Assembly (NCBI GenBank): GCA_964304625.1
Contig: OZ199838.1
Location: 1,437,158-1,501,157, forward strand
Reading direction: 5' to 3'
Length of the DNA stretch: 64,000 nucleotides
Source of the DNA: Kudoa neothunni
Lineage: Eukaryota > Animalia > Cnidaria
Part shown: in pieces, positions 25,793 through 38,563 of the stretch
Numbering within the stretch: the first letter of the stretch is position 1
Layout: each line of letters starts with the position of its first letter
Translations under genes and position numbers: made by a program
The notes under the pieces: model-generated
Database searches by the model: none
What the model saw: the letters and a program-made list of their open reading frames with translations, nothing else
Told to the model about the DNA's origin: nothing

Positions 25793-27582
25793 TCAAATAA
25801 GCCTTTCAACAATATCTAAATAGGAAATAACACCAACTACAATATGCAAATTCATCCAGCCTCGTATTATTGATAGATCGAGCAATATGCTGTTAGGACA
25901 CTTAATAGGATTACTCGAATAATAGAAATTAATATATCGTATTATTGTTGATAAATAATTAAAAAAATATTAATTTATTATTAGACTTGAGAAATAAATT
26001 ATAAAATTGGTCAATAAATATAAAAATATTGTTTGCGGATAAACTTAAAATAATCTGACAATTAAAACTAGATATAAGCTAATAATGGATAGATTTAACT
26101 ATCAGCCAAAACAAATAAGGAGACTTTGACGATGAATTTAATATCAACGTACCCTTAAGAGACATTCCTGAGGAATTGATCTTTGAACTAGAATTTACAA
26201 ACTTTGTAAAGGCATACTTCAATGAGCGTGCATTTTCAAACCTATACCGCAATTTATATTATAATGAAAAATGAGTGTGTAAAAACGGCACCTCGGTAAT
26301 AAATTTAGTATCTTTTCAAATTCTACATCATTTATCATGTTGTAGTTGTTGTGAAGAATACTATAAGAGAAGATTGGAAAAGAGAGATTGGAAATAGAGT
26401 ACAATTTTTTTAATATAATAAGCTCTGCAGGAATGAGTTTGATCTTGTCATCGTGTAAGGCGGTGACTGCGCCTTTACTCTTCAGCTTTTTTCCAATGCT
26501 TATGCTATACCTAAAATAACGGAGGTGGATAAAATGGAAGAGGTGAGCATAGATCAATAGCCATATTTCAACTACCAGCGATCACAACAATTGGGCGCAC
26601 TTCGATTTCGCATTTGTTCTGCAACCCATGTCCAACATACGGGTTTATCACCGTGGGTTTTTTTGAAATCCTCCACCAACTGTGTGAGCTTTGCTACATC
26701 CTTATCAGTCCATCCTTTTTGAACTTGCGTTTTACGAATATTCTCTAATGATGGACCAGGATTTGCATACGCCTCACGTTGCTCTATCGTCATATTACAA
26801 TATTTCGCATTACAAGATCGATTTGATCTATTCAACTCGTTGGCAATAATCGTCCATTTTGGACCATGAAGAGCGTACAACCTAATACACAAAATTGATC
26901 TGAAAATAAAAATCCAATCAATTACTGCATTAATTTTATTATTTCAGTATCACTCCATTCACCTTTCTGCTCGTATTGACAAAAATATCTCTTAGCTTTA
27001 AGAGATGCTGAACGAAGGGGGACATTTAATCCCACACCTTTTCATTGTAAAATATTTATACATTCAATCTAATATAGTCATCAAATAATACATAATCGAG
27101 CGGGGTATTCAGTTTTTTTACGAAACTCCAAAGACTGTGGATCAACTTTTCTTAAGAACTCACTAAAGTCTTTAATGTTATAGTCCTAAGATTTAACAAT
27201 GAATGGTAATAATAATGAGTAGTAATAATGAATAATAATAATAATAATAATAATAAAGTGGAATTAATGCTCGATTTATTGAGAAACATGTAGAGACTGT
27301 ATTACCTTGCAATAATTTTTTATATTTTTTCTTAGCTGTTTCATTTCTTCATAGGTCCAAAATTTCCTTTTTTTAGGAGGTCTCCTAAATGTCACTCTCA
27401 TCTTTGTTTGTGTGTTCTCTCCCTGTGGTTTTCTTCTATCTTTTCTTATATAGTTATCGCCACTGTAACTAGTTTCCTCATCTATATTCATATATCGAGT
27501 GTTTGAAGAGGGGAGATTTTTTAAAACTATAAATACCGGTATAAGCGCACTCGTCTGATGAACTTGCACTACTTCGACCCAT
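25793..27582 (-). CDS. Myb/SANT-repeat DNA-binding protein, TTF1/DMTF1/Reb1-like (multi-exon)
   Basis: Repeats KFWTYEEMKQLRKNI, KGEWSDTE..LYALHGPKWTIIANELNRS...C, and KGWTDKDVAKL...VCWTWVAEQMRNRSAPNCCDRW. The splice path ends ...MSLK|DIVERLI*. Confidence 0.8.
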
Positions 27583-27590
27583 TATTAGAA

Positions 27591-27602
27591 TGCACGTGCG
27601 CA
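27591..27602. promoter_or_regulatory. NRF1-type motif upstream of the Myb gene
   Basis: TGCACGTGCGCA, 8 nt before the ATG at 27582. Confidence 0.5.
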
Positions 27603-27851
27603 TTGCTTATGTTATGTTTAGTCAATCTAGCAATGGTGATTTATCTAACTTTTTTTGTGATTATATTGGGTAGTTTTTGACAATTTTTAATTAATTTTTA
27701 TATTGAAGCTCCAAGGAAACAATTTAACTAATAATCTTCAATTAATCCTCTATGCGAGATTAACAAAATTTTACAACAAATATTTTATTATAATAACCTC
27801 TTAGATGCATTTATTCAATAAAAATTAATTAAAATCGAGTTATTTTGGTAA

Positions 27852-28712
27852 TGGTATAATGTGTAGCTGCCAAAATATTGCCTCTAAGGCGACTCTAATT
27901 TTCCTCTTTTTATTGAAAATTAAATAATCGCAATTTTTAAATATGGACCAGCCATAAATTAGCTTCAAATCACAATAATAAAATGTTTGCACTAATCTTC
28001 GTTCGGCTCATATCGAGACACGCGCATTAGAATGCGCATGCAACCCTAACGTAGTTTTCTACTTGTAATTTAATTAATAATAACTTTTTAACTTACGTTT
28101 CATTAAATTATTATTTTTTTAATGACACTTTTATCTTTTGGTAATATCATTCGAGTGATTTATAATAAAAAATCTCTTTTGACAAAAATAAGTCGATAGG
28201 TGTAACTTTTATTTCACATACCTATATATAACATTCATTTATAAAATTATCTAGCTTATGAATTTTTTAATTCCTTATACAATGTGTCTACAGTAAGTTA
28301 TGCAATAAACAATTGATCACGTATAGTTTCTTACGTTATTGATACAATTTACTGAAGCAATAATAAAGAAAAACGATTTTTGCAATAAAAATAAAATTAA
28401 TAATGTATTGTTGAATGATTTTAATCAAACATATAACGTTACGTTTGTATCTCGACATTATTATCTTGATTAAGTGTACACATGTTGACTTATTTTTATT
28501 GAAGCTCTCGATAAATGGTCGTTTATGATTTTAAAAGTACTCATAAATTTTGTAGATATATCCCATAGAATATTGTGTTTACACAAAAAACGATTACGAA
28601 ATTAATTTATAGTTGGTCCATATTTAAAAATTACGATTTTTCAATTTTTAATAAGAGGGGGAAGATTAGAGTTACGCAACAGGCTTTATTTGGGGAGCTA
28701 CACACTATACCG
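27852..28712. mobile_element. MITE with ~115-bp terminal inverted repeats
   Basis: 27852-27966 (tggtataatgtgtagctgccaaaata...taaatatggaccagccataaattagcttc) is the reverse complement of ~28598-28712. It is flanked by TAA/TTA. Confidence 0.8.
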
Positions 28713-28751
28713 TTATTTTATTTTCGTAAATAACATTCAAAAATTCCTTAA

Positions 28752-30896
28752 CCCTCTAACTAACAATGATCCGAAAATCGATACCCTATCCCATTATGAT
28801 TTTTGAGGTGTAATTAACCCCACATTTTGATTAACCGAACATATATACAAAATTGTAAAAACTTTATTTGTAAATTATAAAACAAATCCTTTGGGAGGAA
28901 CCCTAATAAACAGAAAAGAATATACGCGCGTTAATCCAACTTTAATAACTTTGTAGACGAAAGTTGTATATGATCGGTTATTGAGATGTAATGTTTCTTT
29001 CTAAGAAAAATAGTTTATTATATGATTCCAAAAAATTGTTCAAATAAATAAGATCCGCAAGTTTTCACATTTAAAACGAGTGTTAGATGGATGTTGGGAG
29101 CAGTAAAGTTTGAAATTTGATTTCTACCATTGTGACGTTTCGCTGTCTTTTTTCTTCCACAGATCTCACTTCTAAATCGACTCAGATTGCTATCGTCCGC
29201 TTTCTTCGCAGTGCGGTCCTTTTCTGGTATACTTTTTATGATTTTAGTGGACAATTTTCTGGAGAGAAAGAGGATCGTGGAGACATTGAGAAATTTGCTT
29301 CAGAAATATAGACCTGTTTTTCTTCATATCACCGTAGATATTCTTATATAATGCCAAATTATTAATTTAATGATGAGTTAATAATATTAAAAGTCATCAT
29401 GGACATCCCATCGTAAGCCAGCGCGCCGCTGAAACTGGTTCAAGCATTCGATCTGTTATCAATTCTATCTTGAGTTCGATTATAGTTCATGATATACGTA
29501 GTCTTCAATTTTTATTTTTCATCAGATACAGACGGAACCATCACATAATTTAATAAAATACAAAATTGTTGTCATAAATATGTCTTCTCTCAGAAGGAAG
29601 ATAGCAGCTCGGAATTTCCCTTCTCCACCATTGTAGAGATAAAAAAAGAGTTTTTTATCTATCCATTTTTCGACGAATGTAGATGAAGATAAAAAAACGG
29701 GGTCGATAGGGAAAGAACTATGCTTTTGCCAATCTTAAATTGTCTCGTACTGTCAGAATTATTCCTCCTCAAATAGATATTGATGTTCAAGCCATAGTTA
29801 GATTTCTTGTCAACCAATAAGAAAAATTCCAGACAATATTTCGTCATTTTCATTGACATATATTGTATATACGGATATCTTCACCAAAATGATGCAAGAT
29901 GTTCGTCTATCGTAACTTCTTGATTGGGAATAATAAATCTGTGCAATACATTTATCCATGTATTCCATATCTCACATCGCTAAAAAAATTTATGTGCCTC
30001 CTTCAGCTTAACTCTGGTTTCAAAATCATCAAAATGGATTTATCGATTAATCTGTGAGAATTAACAAAGTGAAAAATTTCTTGTGGACATTTTTTCGCCT
30101 TCCTTGACACTGAAAAATAATCTAAAAAGTCCACGTAAAAGCTCTCGTCGATCCTTATGCGTTCCCATAGGTATAATAAGACTAAAGTAACCCATGAATT
30201 TAACGCTGTCCACATCAAATTATTAATGTTTAAAATATTTTCCGCAAGACAAGTTAATGTATCTTATGATTGTTGTACATAATTCTTTATTGAAGAAAAC
30301 AAAACAATCGTCAAATTTTTTAATTTTCAATCGAGTGTATTAATTAGAGCAAAGAGTAGATTTCATAACGTCTGCGGTGATGGCTCTTGTTGCAGATGAT
30401 CTTATATTGCTAATGTATCACTGTGAGTTGAATAGTATTAGATGGTATCTTCATTGTCTTAAAAATCTTCGTTGATAAAATCATGATCATTACCATATAA
30501 GCAACACTCATCACTAAAATAGCGGAAACCAATCGTGCCAAATATTCAACAACTCGTTGCATGCAAACTCACTCAAAAAACTATTATTTCAAGCATAATT
30601 TTTGTAGTCATCTGTTCGTTTAAAACAACCGGAACTTTAAATTTCTGTTTAAAATAATATACTTGTCTTTCCGAAAGAAAAAAAATCTGGGGTTAAATAC
30701 ACCTCAAAAATCCTAGAAGATAATCTTTCGATAAAAATATATATTTTCAGGAAATTTTTATATTTCAAGTATTATCATGTATTACAGATGTTTTTACAGG
30801 AATAACATGAGTTAAAAGTTGTTCAGTTGTTTATAACGGATGGTATGCTTGTTTTAAAGTCTTTTTGGGGCGTATTACACCCCAAAAACCTTGGAA
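28752..30896 (-). mobile_element. Decayed piggyBac transposon with transposase pseudogene
   Basis: TTAA|CCCTCTAAC terminus. Inverted subterminal repeats at ~28798-28822 and ~30688-30712. The minus strand reads NQEVTIDEHLASFW*RYPYIQYMSMKMTKYCLEFFLLVDKKSNY, the piggyBac DDD core (TIDE...GR.P..QYI..K..KYG). The far end is interrupted by a hAT element. Confidence 0.85.
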
Positions 30897-31620
30897 CAGT
30901 GTTTCCCAACCTTTTTTCTATCGCGCCCCACTTTTTCTTGAAAATAAGTTCCACTCCCCACCTTTCTCAAATGTAGGGGTTAATATAAATTAGCTTTTAT
31001 TATTAATTGATACAGTCTTAAATAAGTAAACGCGTTTTTAAAATAGTAAAAGGACAAAAAATATTGTTGAATGACGTGTTTTAACAGGGAACAAATTTTG
31101 TATTTAGTATTACAAGAATTGTATCTGATATTTGGAACTGTTTAGTTCGGTTTTCTAATAAAAGAGCACTAGATGATAAATATGACTTCATACTCACCAA
31201 TTCAATTGAAGATTTATCGCATATTGACGGAACCATTTCAGAAATTTTAAAAATTAAATTTATCAAACGTTGCTTTGATTTACGCATCATTTGGTCCAAT
31301 ATATTTATGTTTTTAAGATCCAATCCAAACATTCGTATAAAGAATATTTTCTACAAAAGACTATAAATTAGGAGTTATAAAACGCAATTAATTTAATTGA
31401 ATTGGATGATCAAATCTAAAATTATGAACCTTCCGAATCATCTGACATTAATTTAGACAATTTGATCAATTTCGTATCCAGACCAAGCAGAACAAAATAT
31501 TTTTCTCATTTAATGAAAAATGTGGTGTATTAAAGGAACATAATTTGAAGCGGCGTCACCAAACGAAACATGTGGAACTTAGTGAGAAAATCAACGATAA
31601 AAATAAAAAATAATCGGTCT
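30897..31620. mobile_element. hAT (Buster/SPIN/GTF2IRD2-like) fragments
   Basis: TIR CAGTGTTTCCCAACCTTTT at 30897. Minus-strand ICDKSSIELVSMKS resembles the hAT C-terminus. Plus-strand VLKEHNLKRRHQTKH at ~31525-31570 resembles the Buster/GTF2IRD2 zinc finger. Confidence 0.6.
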
Positions 31621-32274
31621 TAAAATACCTTGAAAGTTATAAAAGAAAACCAACCCCAATCAATTATAGGTTCGAGCCTTAAGATCAAAATATTTTCTAC
31701 TTGCCATTGATATAATTAAGTGAAGTTATAATAAATGATTAAATATAACAAATAATAATTCATGTTAATTTTTTTTCTGAAGAATCTTTTTACAAAGCTT
31801 TAAAAAATATAAAGTTTACATTTATACCCATTAAAAATTTCGATCTTTATAATTTCATGTTATTTAAATCATATTTTGGTATTGAAATATTTCGTCAAAA
31901 TTTCAAGATAATTACTTCTATTCGTTGATGATATTTAAGCCAAAAAAATTAGTTGTAGTCTGAAATATCATAAATATAATTAATTTTGATTATATTAATC
32001 ATATTTATAAGTCAGGTCTCTTGTTAAAGTATGATATAATATATTGAATGTCATGTTTAAAATAACTATGAAATAATTCTATCAGAGTTATTGTTTAAAT
32101 ATTTCATATCCACTTAATGAGTAATATTAACTTTTCATAATTTCTGTATTTAAAAAAATCTATAATTCCTTATTAAATTAATCTAATTGGAAGCGATTTT
32201 AAATTAATTTATATACATAATTTCTAATTGTACCAAACATGTTAGAAAAGCCACCAATAGGTATTTAATTTTCT

Positions 32275-33076
32275 AACCAACTTGGGGTCTTTTGGATCTC
32301 AGGTTTTTATTTTACGATATTTAATAAAAAAATATTTCAAAATGTCACACAAACTCTAAGAAATTTCTACCGGCTGAATTTTGAGAAAAAGATGATTCAT
32401 TGGCAAATTAATCCTCTCGAAGTCGATTCGGCAAGCTAATATAACACTTCGTACGCGTTCGCTGAACGATAAAATCAAACGTATTAGATGTTGCATGTTT
32501 AGAATGCGAATTCTTAGGCTTTTAATCAATTTGGATGTTTAAAATTAAACAGAATAATATTTATTATGTTTCTACCAACCATTACTTGTTAACAATCAAA
32601 GGAGCAGAATGTAACGAAAACACCCGATTCATATTGTTCCTGAGAAATTGAAATAATGGAGTCAAACATTAAGAAAGTATTCTGAAAATGTTTACTCACC
32701 AAAATGATAAATAATAAACACTCTATTCATTACATTAGTCATTAGTTATTCGAATAAGTGTAATCGGTGTTCAAAATAAAAATCTGCTAGCTTCGATATT
32801 CAAAATTTTTATTTCTTTCTCTATAACATTAGAGATTGTTGATTTATTTAAACGAAGATTTACGAAACGTTATATAATCCTACCGAATAGGATTATATAT
32901 GATTAACTGGCTCAATTACCAGATTTTTCTCAAAATTCTGTCGGTTGAAATTTGTTAGAATTTGTGTGGCATTTTGAAATATTTTTTTATTAAATATCGT
33001 AAAATAAAAACCTGGGATCCAAAAGACTCCAAGTTGGTTGGAGTTGGAGTGAAGTCGTTTTTGTGTACTTAGAGGG
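32275..33076. mobile_element. piggyBac-derived MITE with ~115-bp inverted repeats
   Basis: 32275-32390 is the reverse complement of 32924-33039. CTTAGAGGG|TTAA ends at 33076-33080. Confidence 0.75.
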
Positions 33077-33709
33077 TTAAGTTCCCAAAAAAAGCGTAAT
33101 CAATAATGTGGCCCTCCGAGCTTCTGTAATGCGCCAATTTGACTCGCACACTAAAAAGTTGTGCCCACCACTGCCTTAAACATATCAAAATGTTTGACAT
33201 TTTCGCTCACATGCGTAGTCCTCATTTTCAAATGTGGGTCGTTATAAACAAGGGGATTAATGGTAATGTACATGTGTACATGTGTTCATGTTAATTGCTG
33301 TTAAAAAGTTCTCTATTGCCAATACACATACAGTTACCCTATATACATTATGTAACAGAGCGGGTGAGAAAGTTTTGACCTGGTTAATATGAGAATTTCG
33401 GCAGTTATATGCTTATTCCATTAATACCATTGCATTTTATATTTTGGATCCTAATTAACCTATCTAAATATATTCACTCAGTTTACCAGCAAGTATTTTT
33501 ATATGTAGGCAACAAGTATGATTACATAATGGGAAGTGATTATTGGCACGGTAAATAATAATCAGGTTTCACTAGTTTGGACTATATTTAATTATTCTGA
33601 TCTATAAAAGCAAAGTGGCAAGCCATAAATAACTATTTATAGTAGATTCTAATAAATCCAATATGTATATAGATTGTGAGAGGGGGTTTCTGGTATTAAA
33701 AATATTAAT

Positions 33710-33721
33710 TGCGCATGCGTA
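33710..33721. promoter_or_regulatory. NRF1-type motif ~0.8 kb upstream of the globin
   Basis: TGCGCATGCGTA. Confidence 0.4.
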
Positions 33722-34497
33722 TATGACATTTAAGATTAAGGTTTACTATTCAAATAGCCTCCTGCCATTATAATTTATGAATTATCGCTATCATTAAATT
33801 CCGCCCAACCTAATACCTTCATAATTCAATGTAGTTAATATAAATTTATAATCGGCGACATAATACACTCAAGATGACTAAAAATACGCAAACCTTAAGT
33901 TATACTTTTCGTTAATCATGGAACAATCAGATTTACGTTGGGATGTTGCCGACAGAATTCTTTTATTGTTAAAGTGCGGTGGTTAGGCATGACAAGAAAT
34001 TTAACGACGCATAGATGTGATCATGCATGTTGGTTTAATGGTCCAAAATGCATGAACGAGCAGAGAAAGCATTGCTAATGACCAAATATTTTAATCTATG
34101 CAACCGATAGGTTGACCAGATTTATTAAATCTTTAATGACTTTATAGGTAAATAATAATCTTTAAAGCCAACAAAATTAATATCAGTCAACAAGATACAT
34201 TAACATCAATATTAACTTGAAAACGCTGATACAATCTATGGCACGCAATCAAGCTACTTAAAATGTGTTTCCGTACAATACTTATTAATATAATCGTTTC
34301 GATAATGATTATACCCCTAACAAACAGTGGTAAAAACTATTTCCCACGTATAATCTAAGTAAAATATACGTTCATTGAAAATCTATCGTTGAACAATTGA
34401 AATATCAAAAAAATCTGAACAACGTAGTTTCTAATCTCAATACCATTTAAGTCTCTATCTGTCAGGCAGTCTTATCTATAAATTCAAAGATAATACC

Positions 34498-35321
34498 ATG
34501 GACGATGAGGTCACTCCAAAAAAAGGAAGATTTAGACTATGGCTTCAAAGCCTGGGTTCGAATAAACGCAAGAAGCAAGTGCTCACCAAAGAGGAAATTG
34601 TTGTTATTCAAAGCTCGTGGTTTCGCCTCCAACACAATTGTAAACTTAAATCAGCCAACTTTCCTGTTCTACTATTCGGGGCGTAAGAATATTCAGTACG
34701 ATACGACAAACCATCGTACTAAAACTATATTTTAGTATTAACATTTTTTGTTCGGTTGGTACCACACTAAAATAGTTGTTTCTTTCGGGTTCTTTTGGAT
34801 CAATTGAAATGGTGTTAACCTGCAGAAAATTTGTGTTTTTAGCCATCCAGTTGATATCTAATAATATAACTTTAGTTTCGATGGTTACATTGTTGCTTTT
34901 TGTGATTTCTGACAACCCTATTTATAGTTTATCCATTGAGACCGAGCATATGCAAGCAATTTTTGATTTTCACTTCCCCGATAAACAAATTCTCTTTACT
35001 CATGCTGCTAAAGTGATTGACGAACTTAACAACATAATCTACAATTTGAACGAAAAAACAGTAATCGATAAATTTTGTAAACGAGTCGGAATAGCTCACG
35101 CTAAAACCTTCATAAGACCCTCCAATTTCACGGTAAATTACAAACACCCTCCGATCTTGGAGTCTTATTTATTTTTGTGTTGTTAATAGGAATTCGAAAA
35201 TGTTTTTTTCCGCACTGTTATCACTATCATGGGTGATGATATTGATAGGTCCTTCAAGAAAGCATGGAAAAAATTTTTCTTGTATCTATGGAAAAGTATC
35301 GCATCTTATATGGAGGTGTAG
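34498..35321 (+). CDS. Single-domain globin with basic N-terminal extension (3 exons: 34498-34682, ~34928-35131, ~35190-35321)
   Basis: A-helix LTKEEIVVIQSSW, CD1 Phe (MQAIF), E7 His (LFTHAAKV), F8 His (GIAHAK), G5 Phe (PSNF), and H-helix KKAWKKFF. Introns fall at B12.2 and G7.0. Confidence 0.92.
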
Positions 35322-35845
35322 ATGCGACTCTTCAAATCTTCTAACAAATAACCCATCATTCTATTCGTAATTCGGTTGGAAATCATACATGACTCACTCA
35401 AAACTCACCTATTGATTTCTACTTACGAATATTTAAAAATTGCGTTTAGCATTTTTTGTGCATTTTAGTTTTTTAGAGAACTTTTATGCGTTTCAGATAT
35501 ACAATTTGTCATAATTCTTTTTTATAAAGTTAGAGAAATCATACTATGGCTTTTTACGTTTAAATGATGCTCGATAGATCTTATGCAAAATAGATGCAAG
35601 TCAATATGAATAATCTCCATTATGAATAGGGGGTTAAAACAGCGAATCTTTCCCCGTAAAATTGAGACTTTTTGATTCCCATATTGAATATTTTATGAAT
35701 TGAGCCACTGGATCGAAATAATATCTGGAATTTTGTTTACTATAGCTTCCTCTTGTTTACATTAAATATTATAATTAAATTATTTCTAAAGTACGTGATA
35801 AATTTTAAAACTAAGGAGTTTAGATTGGCAAATCCACTATACATA

Positions 35846-37481
35846 CAGTAGTAGGTAGCCGATTTTCCTTAATCCCCTCGGGACCATGGAAAAGTTATTG
35901 AAAATGCGTTAGTGACGTGTTTTCCGTAACTTTCTTGGCGCACACAAATAAAAAAATATACATCTATTTTAATGAAACCAATTTCATTTATACAATCATC
36001 TACTTTTATTGAAACAATATGTTATTTGTAATTATATTTTTAAATGTGTATGTCGTAATTTTATGATGTTAATTCATTATTTCGTTTAGATAATCAATTC
36101 CTCTCTATCGTATATTTATTATGCTTGTTTAAACATTTAAATGAATCTTTTTATGATATAAATTCTACCACTCGTTCATCTTTAATTTCAAAATTAGCAG
36201 ATTCAACAATCAAAAGAGTAAGCTCGTCAAAATGTTTTAATGTAGGCATATGGGCATCCTTTTGAATAGCCTCGGAATTTCCAGCTGAGAATTCTTTATT
36301 GTTTAAAGTAATATTTAATGAATGCTCGTACTTATCGGCTGCAGGAAACTCATATTTTCTGAATCAATTAAATACAATATCCTTTGAAACACCTCCCATG
36401 ATTTTTTAATTAGGAACAATGTTTGACGCATACCTTGGGAGGATGTATTTATATTACTGCTATCTGCAGCAATATGGCTTTCTATTAAATTATTTTTGTA
36501 ATTTGATTTGAATGAGAAAATTATTTCATGTTATAATAGTTGAAAAACGCTAGTTGAATTTTTTGTGAGGAATATAAGAGAGATACTCGATAAATGAATT
36601 TTGTCGTGGCAAATAGCATTACTAAGAAATAGCAAAACTTTCTTTGTACGTCGTTTTGAATTCATTCTTAAAATTAGGAAGATATTTCTTAAATGATTCC
36701 CTAGTCATCCATTCTTTCCTGTTTGATTTGTATTTTACTATGAATTTTTTAGCATTTTTAAAACAACGTGGTCTTTGTGATTTCCAATCACAAGAGATTC
36801 AATTCAATCTCCAGGCATAGGTGCATGTCGCAAAACAGTAATTATTTTTTAGATTTTTTTCTCTCGACGAAACATAGCGTTAAAAATAATGCAGTTTCGT
36901 CATGGTTACAGATACAGCCATCGTTGTTATCTTTGACTTAGTCATTCGATTTAGGTTACCATTTTTCTACAAAACTTTAGTCAACATAAACAGCATCACC
37001 GTGGGCAGTGATATTTTTTAATTAAATCGTGATTTAAAACTAAGAAATCAATCTTAAGTCATTACTACGTTTAGGTTCAATTCGTTTGTTAATTGGTTTC
37101 TTTCATGTATGTTATTATGATCAGATGGTTCAATTTTTTTATCTCAAATAATTCACCCAATCATACTATAGTATCGATGTCGTCATTTGAACATTGTTTA
37201 AAATTTTTTCCCTCTGAAGAAGCCAAGACAGTTTATAAGATAAAATTATATCTTTCTTCCTAATCAAGATAATGTCTAGAGTAGAAATTGAAGGGAGCTT
37301 AAATTTACTAAAAGTAGTATTTTTTCACTCCTGTTAAGTATATCTAAAAAAATCAATAAATTTATATTTTAGTTTTATTATTTTCTCATTTTTAACTTTT
37401 CCAGACATTACAAATGTAAAATAAGGCTCATCACTAAATCCGCCTAGAGCTGAAAAGTTACGGAAAATCGGTTACCTACTG
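35846..37481 (-). mobile_element. pogo/Tigger DNA transposon with decayed DDE_1 transposase
   Basis: TA|CAGTAG(TAG)GTAGCCGATTTTCC ... GGAAAATCGGTTACCTACTG|TA. The minus strand reads IGKSQRPRCFKN...KYKSNRKEWMTRESF, typical of pogo/TIGD transposases. Confidence 0.9.
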
Positions 37482-38563
37482 TATATAAAATCTGTTATCA
37501 TTAGATTATTTCATTAGCTAAATATCCTATTATAGGATATTTAATTAAATACGGTAGCTTCAAACTCAATTTCTGAATTCAAATTATTTCTTTCAGTCGT
37601 ACAATCAGGCTTAAATTCTTAATTCATCATAGGGTGCTCCCGCACCCCAATGATTGCTTCATGCACCCCCTATAGGGAAACCCTGCTCTAAGGCGTATGT
37701 TAAAAGGAAAATCCCTTTTGTATGTTGTGGTTTTTCGTTCACCGCTGCGCCCTTAACAGACAGGAATAATTAGATAGAGCAGGTTCTAAACAATTAAATC
37801 TGTATTACTCTTGTGAGCAAGTGTCATTGAGATTAAAAATTTCCATCGCATAAGCGCATAATGGCGTTTAGGACTAAATTTTGCCATGTCTATAGCCTCT
37901 GCTTAATAAAATTTGGAAAATAATAAGGATCAAAATTGGAAAATAGAAGTCGTCCCTCGTATGACGTAATAATGATTGATCAAAGCGGCTATCACATCAA
38001 ACACCCATTAATTACGGCCTCATCTACTTTTACCGAGAAGCGATGAGCATTTAGTTGTTGCGATAGTCATGATTTTGTCGAATTATTCATAATATTTTGA
38101 TAATTAGTCTTCCAAATAGCCTGTTTTGATATAAAAATGATGATATATGCTATTTATGTCATATTTTGATGCATTTGTATCATTATTTTTGCTATGGTTT
38201 TCGTCATGAACAAAATGATTTATATATAGATCAAATGACAAAAACTAATCTTATTGGGCATAAATGATCATTTTTGTGTCTTTAATTTGTGGGTGAAATA
38301 GTTGTGAACAAATTTAAGATATATTTCGGTTGGGGTACGTTAGTGACCCTAGTTGGTCATCCGCGTTCTGTTATTGTAGTTGGTACAGGAAGGATTAAGC
38401 ACTTTTATATTTTTAGAAATAAATAAATAAATCTAAGTTTAATATGAAAAGATACTAATAGTTATCAACTAGAATTATTTTTATTAAAATAAAATAATAA
38501 CGAATTCGTTAGCTGAATTATATAATAATATAGGTTATTGATGTAATGAATGTATCATAGACT

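Noticed and set aside
30897-33173. A single hAT element from 30897 to 33173
   Set aside because: The two ends have dissimilar TIRs and the 8-bp flanks match only 5/8, so they are probably ends of different elements.
34776-34927. Hydrophobic N-terminal part of the 136-aa ORF read as a TM-anchored globin
   Set aside because: It is the in-frame 3' part of the B12.2 intron; the acceptor tttatag precedes the true exon.
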